From Polyangiales bacterium (lineage in GTDB: Bacteria; Myxococcota_A; Polyangia; Polyangiales; Ga0077539): DNA of 64,000 bases. The stretch lies in the NCBI GenBank assembly GCA_044229975.1, contig JBGARZ010000001.1, positions 1,024,001-1,088,000 of the forward strand, given 5' to 3'. A program made the position numbers and the translations under genes. The notes under the pieces were generated by a model. It was not told where the DNA came from, searched no databases, and saw only the letters and a program-made list of their open reading frames with translations. Each line of letters opens with the position of its first letter. Position 1 is the stretch's first letter. Of this stretch, positions 48,069 to 59,060 are shown piece by piece.

Positions 48069-50699
48069 ATGAAGACCACGCGATGGATGGGCCCGGTGGT
48101 GTTGGCGGCGCTCGTGGGCGCGTGCGCTCCCGACGACGGAACAGTCACCCCGGTGAAGGACGCCGGCACCTTCGACGCGGGCACGCGCGACGTTGTGTCG
48201 GACCTCACGACGGACATCACCATCGACCGCGGCGTCTCGAAGATGGACGTACCTTCGGACCGCGGCGCGATGACCGATGGCGGTGCGGCGGAGGTGTTCA
48301 CGCCCGAGTGCCGCGCGACGGCCGACTGCCCCGCCGGGCGCCTCTGTCGCATGGACCGCTGCGTCGAGATGACGACCACCTGCACGAGCGCGGCAGGGTG
48401 TCCCAACGACATGCGCTGCGAGGGCGGTCGCTGCGTCGCGTGGGCGAGCGGCGGAACCGACCCCGCGTGCACGGTCGACCCGCGGCCCGGGGTGTTTGCG
48501 CCAGCGGTCCAGTGCCAGTTCGACGAGGCGCCGGCGGGTGATGCGTTCCCCGAGCACCTGCACGTCCTGTCGACGCCGATGGTGGCCGACCTGCGGGTGT
48601 ACTCGTCGCCGACGATCGGCGTGCGGCCGTCCATCGTGGTGGTGTTCGATGACGGCGGCGACGGGAGCTCGGAGCTTCCCTCGGGGCTCATCCGCATCCT
48701 CGACGGCCGCACCTGTCAGTTGCAGGACAACCTGAGCGACCAGATGGTGTCGCACTCCTCGCCGCCCGCCATCGGCGACCTCGACGGCGACGGGACGCCC
48801 GAGATCGTGGCCTTCAAGGCAGGCGGCGGGCTGGTGGCATTTCGGTATGTGCGCACGGTCGACGCGGGTCGCTGGAGCGTGTGGTGGCGCTCGACGACCG
48901 ACGACGGGATGGCCTTCAATCCCACCGGCGGCGGATGGGCGGGGCCGACCATCGTGGACATCGACGGCGACGGTCGACCAGAGGTGCTGCGCCACGGGAT
49001 GGTGTTCAACGGACGCACGGGCGTGCTGGTCGGAGGACAGGGCGTGCGCACGCAGCTCGCGGGCTACTCGGCGGGGGCGTTTAGCGTGGTGCTGGACGTC
49101 GACGAGGACGGCGCGGTCGAGCTCATCACGGGCAACGGCGTGTTCGGCTGGGACGCGACGATGCGGGAGTGGGTTCGCGAGACGTACTTCACGCGGAGCA
49201 ACTGCGCGGGCGCGGGCTGCGGCGACGGCCAGGTGGCGGTCGGCGACTTCGGCGACTTCGCGACGGCGCGCTTTCCCGATGGGCACATCCCGGAGATCGC
49301 GGTGGTGTCGTCGGGCTACGTGCGGGTGGACACGATCGAGGGGCGCACGGTGTTTGGTCCGGTGGCGCTGCCGGGCGGCGGGACGGGCGGTCCGCCGACG
49401 GTGGCGGACTTCGACGGCGACGGCCTCGCGGAGGTCGCGGCGGCCGGGGCGACGGCGTACTCGGTGATGGACCCGGACTGCGGTCCGCGCACCGTGTCGC
49501 GCCCGGAGGGTCGCTGCGAGACGATGACGACGACGGGCGTGTTGTGGTCGCGGCCATCGCAGGACTCGAGCTCCAACGTCACGGGGAGCACGTCCTTCGA
49601 CTTCGAGGGCGATGGGCGCGTCGAGGCCGTGTACGCCGACGAGTGCTTCGCGCGGGTGTACGACGGCGCGACGGGCACGGTGCTCTTCTCGCAGCAGCAC
49701 TCGTCGTGCACCTGGTACGAAAACCCCGTGGTGGCCGACGTCGACGGCGACTTCCGGGCCGAGCTCGTGGTGGGCAGCAACTTCAACTGCGGATCACCCA
49801 CGACGGGCATCGCGTGTCCGGGCGTGGGGCCGCGCGGGGTGGACGTTCAGTTCGCGGGGCTGCGGTGCTCCAACAACTCCGAGTGCCCGTCCAACGCGTG
49901 CGTGATGGGCTTCTGCCGCTGCACCATGGACAGCGAGTGCTGCCCCGGAAGCGCGCCCGCAGGCGACGCCGGCGTAGACGACGGCGGCGCGGACGATGGT
50001 GGGACGGACGCGGGCGTGGCGATGGATGCGGGCGGCGACGCAGGCCGCACGACGGGCTCGGGGAGCGAGTGCACGTACGTGTGCGCGGAGCCACCGGAGG
50101 GGACGGCGGGAGCGGGCAACACGTGCCGCGCGGTGCGTCCGCGAGGCGTGCGCGGGGTGCGTGTGTACGCGGACATCGCCGACCGCTGGGTTCGGTCGCG
50201 AACGATCTGGAACCAGCACGCCTACAACGTGACCAACGTCGAGGACGACGCGCGGGTGCTCGCGAGCGGGGTGGTGCGTCGCAACTGGCGGGTGCCCGGG
50301 CTCAACAACTTCCGCACGAACGTGCAGGGCACCGCGGAGATCACGAGCTCACCGGACGGAACGGTCTCGGGCACGGGCTTCGTGTGTCAGCCGTCGGGCG
50401 CGGCGCGCATGCAGGTGCGAGCGTGCAACCGTGGGACGGCGCCGATGGCGGACGGGCTGTCGGTGGGCTTCTACCGCGGCGACGGCGTGACGATGGGCGC
50501 GCGGGTGTGCCGCGCAGAGACGCCAAGAGCGTTGCTGCCGGGCGAGTGCGCGGACGTGACGTGCGACTGGCCGACGCCGCCGCTCGACCGCGCGGAGCCG
50601 GTGACGGTGGTGATCGACGACGCGCGGGCGCGCACCGAGTGCCATGAGGAGAACAACCTCGGGCTCATCGAGGACGTGATCTGCCGAGGGCCCGGCTGA
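48069..50699 (+). CDS. Lipoprotein with Cys-rich modules, FG-GAP/VCBS beta-propeller and C-terminal CARDB-like domain
   Basis: Lipobox VGAC; DLDGDGTPE, DFDGDGLAE, DFEGDG repeats; WNQHAY; C-terminal ECHEENN. Confidence 0.85.
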   Translation: MKTTRWMGPVVLAALVGACAPDDGTVTPVKDAGTFDAGTRDVVSDLTTDITIDRGVSKMDVPSDRGAMTDGGAAEVFTPECRATADCPAGRLCRMDRCVEMTTTCTSAAGCPNDMRCEGGRCVAWASGGTDPACTVDPRPGVFAPAVQCQFDEAPAGDAFPEHLHVLSTPMVADLRVYSSPTIGVRPSIVVVFDDGGDGSSELPSGLIRILDGRTCQLQDNLSDQMVSHSSPPAIGDLDGDGTPEIVAFKAGGGLVAFRYVRTVDAGRWSVWWRSTTDDGMAFNPTGGGWAGPTIVDIDGDGRPEVLRHGMVFNGRTGVLVGGQGVRTQLAGYSAGAFSVVLDVDEDGAVELITGNGVFGWDATMREWVRETYFTRSNCAGAGCGDGQVAVGDFGDFATARFPDGHIPEIAVVSSGYVRVDTIEGRTVFGPVALPGGGTGGPPTVADFDGDGLAEVAAAGATAYSVMDPDCGPRTVSRPEGRCETMTTTGVLWSRPSQDSSSNVTGSTSFDFEGDGRVEAVYADECFARVYDGATGTVLFSQQHSSCTWYENPVVADVDGDFRAELVVGSNFNCGSPTTGIACPGVGPRGVDVQFAGLRCSNNSECPSNACVMGFCRCTMDSECCPGSAPAGDAGVDDGGADDGGTDAGVAMDAGGDAGRTTGSGSECTYVCAEPPEGTAGAGNTCRAVRPRGVRGVRVYADIADRWVRSRTIWNQHAYNVTNVEDDARVLASGVVRRNWRVPGLNNFRTNVQGTAEITSSPDGTVSGTGFVCQPSGAARMQVRACNRGTAPMADGLSVGFYRGDGVTMGARVCRAETPRALLPGECADVTCDWPTPPLDRAEPVTVVIDDARARTECHEENNLGLIEDVICRGPG

Positions 50700-50731
50700 G
50701 GCAATGGCCGCAACGACGCAAGACGATTGTC

Positions 50732-50760
50732 TTGACAGTGTTGGGGGTGGCGCGTAGAAA
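50732..50760 (+). promoter_or_regulatory. sigma70-type promoter of the tRNA gene
   Basis: TTGACA (50732-37), 17-bp spacer, TAGAAA (50755-60), 13 bp upstream of the tRNA. Confidence 0.7.
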
Positions 50761-50773
50761 GCGTCTCCCTTTA

Positions 50774-50847
50774 CGGGGCGTAGCGCAGCCTGGTAGCGCA
50801 CCTGGTTCGGGACCAGGGAGTCGGAGGTTCAAATCCTCTCGCCCCGA
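50774..50847 (+). tRNA. tRNA-Pro, anticodon CGG; CCA not encoded
   Basis: Acceptor CGGGGCG/CGCCCCG; D arm GCGC..GCGC; anticodon arm CCTGG-TTCGGGA-CCAGG; T arm GGAGG-TTCAAAT-CCTCT. Confidence 0.96.
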
Positions 50848-50854
50848 CGGAAGC

Positions 50855-50892
50855 AAAAGACCCTCGGATGCCGCAAGGCTCCGGGGGTTTTC
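50855..50892. terminator. Probable bidirectional intrinsic terminator between the tRNA and the convergent TSUP gene
   Basis: aaaa-gaccctcgga-t-gcc-GCAA-ggc-tccggggg-tttt hairpin with A and T tracts. Confidence 0.75.
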
Positions 50893-50893
50893 G

Positions 50894-51793
50894 CTATGGG
50901 GCATCGGGGTGCAGGCGCGCGTGGCCGGGATCAAACGCGGAGTCGGTCCTCCGTCGGCTCCGCGCGAGCGCCGCCAGCGCAGGGAGCGCGACCGCCACGA
51001 GCAGCAGCCAGGGCCAGTCTTGCGCGAGCGACACGTGCACCCCGAACAGCCGCGGCAGCTCTCGGAGGAGGAGGAGCTCGGCCATCACCAGGACCAGCCA
51101 CGCGAAGCCGCGGCGCAATGCGTCGGGCGAGACGCTCCCCGCGAGCCGACTCCCGACGACGCTGCCCAGCGCGGCGGCGGCCACGACCGGCAGGGCGACG
51201 CCCCAGGGGATGGACACCCCGCCGAGGTGACCCGCGAAGCCTGCGAGGCCGTTCATCGCGATCACGAGCAGTGAGGTGCCGACGGCCACGGTCATGGGCA
51301 TGCGCGCCACGAGCACGAGCGCCGGCACGACGAGGAAGCCGCCGCCCGCCCCGACGAGACCCGTGAGCGCCCCCACCACGACGCCGAGCGGCGCGAGCGC
51401 ACCGAGCGGGAGCGCGGCGGACGACGGGTCGGCTGACGCGCGCCGCGGCCTCATCATGGCGACGGCGGTGACGAGCATCGCGGCCCCGAAGGCGACGACC
51501 AGGACGTCGGGTGACAGGTGGGCCGACGCGCGTCCGCCGACAAAGGCCCCGGCCATGCTCGCGATGCCGAAGAGGGCACCCGCGCGCCAGCGAACCCGCC
51601 CAGCGCGCGCATGCGGCACGAGCGAGAGCGCGCTCGTCGTGCCCACCACGAGCAGCGACGACGCGATGGCCTGATCGGGCGGCAGCCGAAACACATAGAG
51701 AAGGATCGGCACCGTCAGGATCGAGCCACCTCCGCCCAGGAGACCGAGCGCCACGCCGACCGCCACCGCCAACACCACGCCGAGCACGAACAT
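50894..51793 (-). CDS. TSUP / TauE-SafE family sulfur-compound transporter
   Basis: [44 protein letters not shown] before ATG 51793. Confidence 0.92.
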   Translation of the reverse strand: MFVLGVVLAVAVGVALGLLGGGGSILTVPILLYVFRLPPDQAIASSLLVVGTTSALSLVPHARAGRVRWRAGALFGIASMAGAFVGGRASAHLSPDVLVVAFGAAMLVTAVAMMRPRRASADPSSAALPLGALAPLGVVVGALTGLVGAGGGFLVVPALVLVARMPMTVAVGTSLLVIAMNGLAGFAGHLGGVSIPWGVALPVVAAAALGSVVGSRLAGSVSPDALRRGFAWLVLVMAELLLLRELPRLFGVHVSLAQDWPWLLLVAVALPALAALARSRRRTDSAFDPGHARLHPDAP

Positions 51794-51817
51794 GCGCACA
51801 CCTCGGGGCGCCGTAGA

Positions 51818-51832
51818 GCGAGCGACGTGCCA
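51818..51832 (-). promoter_or_regulatory. Putative sigma54 (-24/-12) promoter for the TSUP gene
   Basis: Minus strand TGGCAC-GTCGC-TCGC versus consensus TGGCAC-N5-TTGC. Confidence 0.6.
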
Positions 51833-51976
51833 CACGACGCTTCCTCCAGATGGCGCGTCGGACGACCCTCGCTGGACGGCGCCATGAAACGTTTCGCAAC
51901 GTCCAACGCAACGACCGCAACGAGCTCACTCGCGCTGGATCCCTCGATTTTGTGTGGCTTCCGCGTCAGGCGACCG

Positions 51977-51991
51977 AGGCACGACGATTGC
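51977..51991 (+). promoter_or_regulatory. Putative sigma54 (-24/-12) promoter for the yeeE/yedE-PDO operon
   Basis: AGGCAC-GACGA-TTGC, 50 bp upstream of ATG 52041. Confidence 0.7.
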
Positions 51992-52040
51992 GATGTCGGC
52001 CGACGACCGGCGCACCCTGCAACGCCCGGGAAGAGAGCTC

Positions 52041-52460
52041 ATGACCCTGTCTTCGGTGTGGATCCACGCGCTCCTCGGCGGCGCGCTCATCGGCACGAGC
52101 GCGTCGCTCCTGCTTGCGTTCAACGGCCGCGTCGCCGGCATCTCGGGCATCGTCGGCGGCGCGCTGCGCCCCGCCCCGGGCGACCTCGCGTGGCGGGCGC
52201 TCTTCGTCGTCGGTCTCGTGGTGGGTGGCCTCGCGGCGTACCCGATCGCGCCGGGTGCGTTTGCGGTGCCCGCGACCAACATGGCCACCGCCGTCGCGGC
52301 CGGGCTCCTCGTGGGCGTGGGCACCGGGCTGGGCAGCGGCTGCACCTCCGGCCATGGGGTGTGCGGCCTCGCGCGCCGGTCGCCTCGCTCGCTCGCGGCG
52401 ACGCTCACCTTCATCGCCGCAGGCGCCGCGACCGTGGCCCTCACCGGCGGCTCGCCGTGA
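52041..52460 (+). CDS. YeeE/YedE sulfur-transport family protein, first half
   Basis: GGALIG, GRVAGISG, GSGCTSGHGVCG. Confidence 0.9.
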   Translation: MTLSSVWIHALLGGALIGTSASLLLAFNGRVAGISGIVGGALRPAPGDLAWRALFVVGLVVGGLAAYPIAPGAFAVPATNMATAVAAGLLVGVGTGLGSGCTSGHGVCGLARRSPRSLAATLTFIAAGAATVALTGGSP

Positions 52461-52891
52461 GCGCCACCACCACGACGCGACGCCTCGGCCTCGGAGCGAC
52501 CGCGCTCGTCGCCGGGGGCCTCTTCGGCTTCGGCCTCGCGCTCGCGGGCATGACGCGACCCGAGCGGGTGCGCGGCTTCCTCGACTTCAGCGTGCGCTGG
52601 GACCCGACGCTGGTGCTGGTGCTGGGCGCGGCGCTCGCCGTCCACGCGGCGGCGTATCGCCTCGTCGCGCGGCGCGCGGCGCCGGTGTTCGCGGGCAGCT
52701 TCTCGCTCCCGACCCGGCGCGACCTCGACCTCCGTCTGCTGGGCGGCGCCGCGATCTTCGGCGTCGGCTGGGGCCTCGGCGGCTTCTGCCCGGGGCCCGC
52801 GATCGTCTCGCTCGTCGGAGGTCACGGGGCGACCGTGGCCTTCGTCCTCGCGATGATCGGCGGCCTCGCGCTCGCGACCCCGCGCCGTTGA
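52457..52891 (+). CDS. YeeE/YedE sulfur-transport family protein, second half
   Basis: GTGA overlap; FGFGLALAGM, WDPTL, FGVGWGLGGFCPGP. Confidence 0.9.
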   Translation: MSATTTTRRLGLGATALVAGGLFGFGLALAGMTRPERVRGFLDFSVRWDPTLVLVLGAALAVHAAAYRLVARRAAPVFAGSFSLPTRRDLDLRLLGGAAIFGVGWGLGGFCPGPAIVSLVGGHGATVAFVLAMIGGLALATPRR

Positions 52892-52940
52892 CGCGATCAT
52901 CCCCTCGTTGGCGCCACGCACCTCGCAAAGGAGACCTGCC

Positions 52941-54017
52941 ATGTTGTTTCGACAGTTGTTCGACCCCGAGACCTCGACCTGGTCGTATCTGCTCGCTGAC
53001 GAGACGACCCGCGAGGCCGTGCTCATCGACCCGGTGCTGGAGCAGGTCGAGCGCGACCTCCAGCTCCTGCGCGAGCTCGACCTCACGCTCCGCTGGGCGC
53101 TCGACACCCACGTCCACGCCGACCACGTCACCGGCCTCGGCGCGCTGCGCGCCCACACAGGTTGTCAGACCGTGCTCTCGGAGCGCGCAGGCACCGGGTG
53201 GGCCGACCGCCTCGTGAAGCAGGGCGACCGCGTGGCCTTTGGCGACCGCTTCCTGGAGGTGCGCGAGACGCCCGGGCACACCGACGGCTGCGTCACGTAC
53301 GTGACCGACGACCACGCGATGGCCTTCACGGGTGACGCGCTGCTCATCCGCGGCTGCGGCCGCACCGACTTCCAGCAGGGCGACGCGGCGGCCCTCTACG
53401 CCTCGGTGCACGCCCAGGTGCTGTCGCTGCCCGACCAGACGCTCGTGTACCCGGGTCACGACTACAAGGGCCGAACCGCCTCGACGGTCGGCGAGGAGAA
53501 GCGCTGGAACCCGCGGCTCGGCGCCGGGCGCACGTCGGCGGAGTTCGTGGCGATCATGGCGGGGCTCCAGCTCGCGTACCCGAAGCGCATCGACGTGGCG
53601 CTGCCGCTCAATCTTCGGTGCGGCGTCCCGCGGGGATTGCCCGTCAGCGGGGAAGCGCCCGCGGCCCCGCGGTGGGCGCCCGTGGAGGTCAGCGCCGCCG
53701 ACGTTCCCGAGGTCACCTGCGAGTGGCTCGCCGCCCACACCGACGCGGGGCGACTCGTGGACGTCCGCGAGCCCGAGGAGTTTCGCGGCGAGCTCGGTCA
53801 CGTCGACGGAGCGGCGCTCGTCCCGCTGGCCACCGTGACCGACGAGGCCGCCCGGTGGGACCGCGCGGCGCCGGTGCTCCTCGTCTGCCGCTCGGGCGGG
53901 CGCTCGGGCAAGGCCGCGCTCGCCCTCCAGGCGATGGGCTTCGCGAAGGTCGCCTCCCTCCGCGGCGGCATGATCGCCTGGAACGCCCTGCGTCTCCCCG
54001 TCACCCGCGACGCCTGA
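52941..54017 (+). CDS. Persulfide dioxygenase (ETHE1-like MBL fold) fused to a rhodanese domain
   Basis: FRQLFD, THVHADH, TPGHT, FTGDALLIRGCGRTDF, YPGHDY; DVREPEEF and active-site CRSGGRS. Confidence 0.93.
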   Translation: MLFRQLFDPETSTWSYLLADETTREAVLIDPVLEQVERDLQLLRELDLTLRWALDTHVHADHVTGLGALRAHTGCQTVLSERAGTGWADRLVKQGDRVAFGDRFLEVRETPGHTDGCVTYVTDDHAMAFTGDALLIRGCGRTDFQQGDAAALYASVHAQVLSLPDQTLVYPGHDYKGRTASTVGEEKRWNPRLGAGRTSAEFVAIMAGLQLAYPKRIDVALPLNLRCGVPRGLPVSGEAPAAPRWAPVEVSAADVPEVTCEWLAAHTDAGRLVDVREPEEFRGELGHVDGAALVPLATVTDEAARWDRAAPVLLVCRSGGRSGKAALALQAMGFAKVASLRGGMIAWNALRLPVTRDA

Positions 54018-54029
54018 CAGGCACAGCCT

Positions 54030-55385
<1,356 letters not shown>

Positions 55386-55593
55386 CGCCCCTCTTCTCGC
55401 AGGGATGCGCCGCGTTGGAAACCACCACATGCACGCCCGCGGCGAAGCGCCCGGCGCGTCGCGCTCACCAACAATCGTCCGACGGGAGGGCGAGCGTCGA
55501 AGGGTTTCGCCGCGAGCGGTCATCCAGGTCTCCGAGCAGGGCGACGACCCGCGTCGGCCATCGCCCTATCCCCCATTTCGAAGGAGACGTTTC

Positions 55594-56397
55594 ATGGTCG
55601 GTCTTGCCGCGCTCGCCCTCGCGTGGACGCACAGCCTCGCCCTCACCGTGACGCCACCGGGCGGCGCGGTCGGCGGCCTTTCGCGACCCGTCCCCGAAGT
55701 GTCGCTGCGCGTCGATCGCCTCGGGCTCGACCGACCGCCCGGCGGCTGGCGCCCCTTCGTCGCGCAGAACGCCACGGCCTCCGGCGCGACGCCGACCGAG
55801 AGCTCCGCGGACACCCCGTCGCCCGCCACGACCTGCGACCTCGACTGCGAGACCGCCCAGGAGGACGCGCGCCTCGCTCGCTACGTGCAGCGCCGCCGCG
55901 CCCGGCTCCTGCGCACCCACCGCGCCTTCGCCATCGCCGCGTGGAGCACGATGCTCGTCACGGAGGTGCTCGGGACCATCCAGGCCGTCAACCAGCCCAC
56001 GTGGTTTGGCGACGGCGCCTGCTCGCACGACCCCGAAGCCTTCGGCTGCCACCAGTCGTCGCTGCTCACCGGCCTGCACGAGACCTTCGCGTTCACGACC
56101 ACGGCGCTCTACACGACCGCGGGCATCCTGGCCGTGGCCGCCCCCGACCCCGACAACGCCGCCGAGGGCGACGGCCGCGCCCCACGAACGCTCCGCCTCC
56201 ACAAGACCCTGGCGTGGGTGCACGGCGCCGGGATGATCCTGCTGCCGCTGCTTGGTGTGATCACCGCCCACCCGCAGATCGTCGGCGTCTCGCCCTCGGC
56301 GCAGGCGGACTTCGGTCGCGCGATGCGCACCGTCCACGCCGGCGTCGGCTTCGTGACCTTCGCCGCGCTCTCGGTCTCGGCCTACCTGGAGCTGTAG
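55594..56397 (+). CDS. Exported membrane protein with four His-bearing TM helices (cytochrome b561-like, tentative)
   Basis: AAGGAG RBS; LRTHRAF, GLHETFAF, RLHKTLAWVH, TVHAGVGF each at the start of a hydrophobic helix. Confidence 0.55.
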   Translation: MVGLAALALAWTHSLALTVTPPGGAVGGLSRPVPEVSLRVDRLGLDRPPGGWRPFVAQNATASGATPTESSADTPSPATTCDLDCETAQEDARLARYVQRRRARLLRTHRAFAIAAWSTMLVTEVLGTIQAVNQPTWFGDGACSHDPEAFGCHQSSLLTGLHETFAFTTTALYTTAGILAVAAPDPDNAAEGDGRAPRTLRLHKTLAWVHGAGMILLPLLGVITAHPQIVGVSPSAQADFGRAMRTVHAGVGFVTFAALSVSAYLEL

Positions 56398-56403
56398 CGC
56401 GTC

Positions 56404-57135
56404 GTGACGACCCGCAGGCGCTACCCCGTCGTGCTCGCCGCCGCGCTCTCGCTCGCGTCGACGCCCGCCCGCGCTCACCCCGACGGCCGCGAGGTGGGCC
56501 GCTCGGCCGTCGGCTGTGGACGCGTCGGCAACTGCCACGGCGCCAGCCCCGGCGCGACCGCGACGCTCACCGGACCGGACACCCTGCTCCCCGGCGGACG
56601 CGCGACCTTCACGCTCGTCGTGCGCTCGACGAGCCCCGCGTTCACGGGCGGCGGCGTCGACGTGGGCGTGCGCGGGCCCGCGGGCACCTCGCTCGTCGCG
56701 ACGCAGGCCAACACGCGCGTCAACGCCGGAGACCTCGTGATGAACAACCGCCTGGCCGCCGAAGGCGGCGCCGTCACGGTCACCTTCGACGTCGTGGCCC
56801 CGACCGCGGGCGCGGTGACCCTCACGGCCGCGGGCAACGCCACCGACGGCACCGGCAACACCGGCGACGCCTGGGCGCTCACCGCCCACACCCTCGCCGT
56901 GGGCGACGTCGCGGCGGCGGACGCAGGCAACGCCCCGGATGCCTCGATGATCGGCACCGACAGCGGCCCGGCCGTCGACGGCGGCCCGCCGGGACCCGAA
57001 GCGTATGACCCGACGGTCTCCTACGGCTACGGCGGCTGCTCGGTGGGCGGGCGTCGAGCGACGACCATGCGGTGGGCGTGGTTCGCGGCGCTCGCGTGGT
57101 GGGCGCGACGTCGACGCGAGGGACGCGATGCGTAG
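56404..57135 (+). CDS. Secreted Reeler-like beta protein with CX5CH motif and MYXO-CTERM-like sorting tail
   Basis: Signal peptide ARA-H; GCGRVGNCHG; AAGNATDG.G..GD; GGCSVG..WAWFAALAWWARRRR. Confidence 0.65.
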   Translation: MTTRRRYPVVLAAALSLASTPARAHPDGREVGRSAVGCGRVGNCHGASPGATATLTGPDTLLPGGRATFTLVVRSTSPAFTGGGVDVGVRGPAGTSLVATQANTRVNAGDLVMNNRLAAEGGAVTVTFDVVAPTAGAVTLTAAGNATDGTGNTGDAWALTAHTLAVGDVAAADAGNAPDASMIGTDSGPAVDGGPPGPEAYDPTVSYGYGGCSVGGRRATTMRWAWFAALAWWARRRREGRDA

Positions 57136-57673
57136 CGGCGTGGCGGGCGCGTTCTTCGCCGCGGTGGTCGCGTCGTGCGGAGGTGAGGCTCCGCCGTTGC
57201 CGTCGGTGGACGTCGCCGAGGGCGACCGGGGCCCGGTCTGCCTGAGCGGACGCTACTGGCCCTTCGGCGACCGCGGAGACAACCACATGCACCCGGGGCG
57301 TGACTGCGTCGGCTGCCACGCGCGCAGCGGCGACGCCCCGGCCTTCGCGGTCGCCGGAACGCTCTACAGCGCGCCCCACGAAGCCGACGAGTGCTTCGGC
57401 TACGACAGCGACGTGGCCGCCGGGCTCGGCGCCGAGGTCGAGCTCGTCGACGCCACCGGCGCGCGCTTCACCGTCGTCGCCAACCGCGCGGGGAACTTCT
57501 ACACCACCCACCCGCTCGCGTTTCCGTTGCAGCGCGTGCGCGTCTACGCCCCCGACGGCGCCTTCCGCGAGATGGGGAGCCCCGCCCCCCACGGCGACTG
57601 CAACGCCTGCCACACGCGCCTCGGTACCGTCTCCGCGCTGGGCGACTCGCCCGGGCGCCTGGTGGTGCCGTGA
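57128..57673 (+). CDS. Di-haem c-type cytochrome lipoprotein
   Basis: Lipobox VASC; MHPGRDCVGCH and GDCNACH. Confidence 0.8.
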   Translation: MRSGVAGAFFAAVVASCGGEAPPLPSVDVAEGDRGPVCLSGRYWPFGDRGDNHMHPGRDCVGCHARSGDAPAFAVAGTLYSAPHEADECFGYDSDVAAGLGAEVELVDATGARFTVVANRAGNFYTTHPLAFPLQRVRVYAPDGAFREMGSPAPHGDCNACHTRLGTVSALGDSPGRLVVP

Positions 57674-57707
57674 CGCCGCTCACACCCACCTGAGGAGGAC
57701 GGAGTCC

Positions 57708-58367
57708 ATGCACCGAAAGCCCCATCTGCTTCGCCTGTCGTTGCTCGCCGTCTGTGCCGGCGCGAGCTGTGCCCCCGACGTCGTCGGCTACCGCCCCGCG
57801 CGCGACGCGGGCGCCACCGTCGACGCGCCCGCGACCCCGATCGACGTCGGCTCCGACGTCGCGACGGTCGTCGATGCGCCCGAGGCGGACGTCTCGTCGC
57901 CCGCCGACACACCGCCGCCGTCGCCGTGCACCTCGGGCATCCACTGGACCCGCGGCAACCGCGGCAGCACGCAGATGAACCCCGGCCAGGCCTGTGTGGC
58001 GTGCCACGTCCGGATGCGCGCCGACGGGCCGACGCTGGTGGGCGGAACGGCCTACGGCGACGACGGCCAGGAGGACAACTGCTACGGCTTCCCGGGCACC
58101 ACGGGGGCGGCGTACGTCGAGGCCACCGACGCGGCGGGCTTCGCCATTCGCATGGCCATCAACCAGGCCGGCAACTTCTACTACAGCGGCCGCACCGCGC
58201 TGCGCTTCCCGCTGCACGGCGTCGCCGTGGTGGGCCCGGGCGGCCTGCGCAACGAGATGGACGACGACGCCCCCAACGGCGACTGCAACGGCTGTCACAC
58301 CGTCACCGGCACGTCGACGGTGGCGGGCTTCGACCCGGCGCCCGGCCGCATCCTCGTTCCGCGGTGA
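57708..58367 (+). CDS. Di-haem c-type cytochrome lipoprotein (paralogue of the preceding gene)
   Basis: GAGGAGG/GGAG RBS; lipobox GASC; MNPGQACVACH and GDCNGCH; shared N.AGNFY and PGR motifs. Confidence 0.8.
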   Translation: MHRKPHLLRLSLLAVCAGASCAPDVVGYRPARDAGATVDAPATPIDVGSDVATVVDAPEADVSSPADTPPPSPCTSGIHWTRGNRGSTQMNPGQACVACHVRMRADGPTLVGGTAYGDDGQEDNCYGFPGTTGAAYVEATDAAGFAIRMAINQAGNFYYSGRTALRFPLHGVAVVGPGGLRNEMDDDAPNGDCNGCHTVTGTSTVAGFDPAPGRILVPR

Positions 58368-58370
58368 CGG

Positions 58371-59060
58371 CTACTCGATCTCGATGGTCACGCTCCGCAC
58401 GATCTCCGTGCGCAGCGAGGACCCCGCCGCGAACTCCCGCAACGACGTCGTCGTCGACCGCCGGAGTCGCACGGCCTGCGCGCCCGTCGCCGCCCCGAAG
58501 GCGCCCGGCGGGAGGTCGACCGCGCCGTTATCCGGGACGGTTCGCGTCGGCTCGGGCGACACGATCGTCGCGTCCGCTCCGCCCGCAGGTGACCACCGGA
58601 CATCGATGTCGGCGCCGCGCGCGATGCGCTGGCCGCGGGTCGGCTGGACGATGGCGTGCGCCGCCAGCGCCGCGAGGGGCACGGTGCGGGTGACGCCGTC
58701 GGCGCGCACGAGCAGCGCGAGGGTGCTCCGGTAATCGTCGAAGGTGGCGGTGTAGCGACCGCCGCCCGCCGCCGTGACCACCACATCGCGCTCTCCGCCG
58801 GTGATCGACACCTCCGCCGTCGCGGGCGCGCCGTCGGCCGTCAGCGTCGCGCTCACCGTCAGCATGAGCTCCGCCCGCGCGGCGTCCCGATCGGTGACCA
58901 TGACCACCACCTGGAGCGAGAGCTCCGCTCGCGCGGCCTCGTCGCGCGGCCCATCCGTCGCGGCGTCGGTGGTCGGCTCGCGGGCGACGATCGCGTCACG
59001 CACGCAGCCCGGCGCGGCCACCAGCACGAGCCCGAGCACCGCCCTCGCGCCGCGGCTCAA
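58371..59060 (-). CDS. Hypothetical lipoprotein at the end of the ECF operon
   Basis: TTG start overlaps the upstream stop; lipobox-like APGC. Confidence 0.65.
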   Translation of the reverse strand: MSRGARAVLGLVLVAAPGCVRDAIVAREPTTDAATDGPRDEAARAELSLQVVVMVTDRDAARAELMLTVSATLTADGAPATAEVSITGGERDVVVTAAGGGRYTATFDDYRSTLALLVRADGVTRTVPLAALAAHAIVQPTRGQRIARGADIDVRWSPAGGADATIVSPEPTRTVPDNGAVDLPPGAFGAATGAQAVRLRRSTTTSLREFAAGSSLRTEIVRSVTIEIE

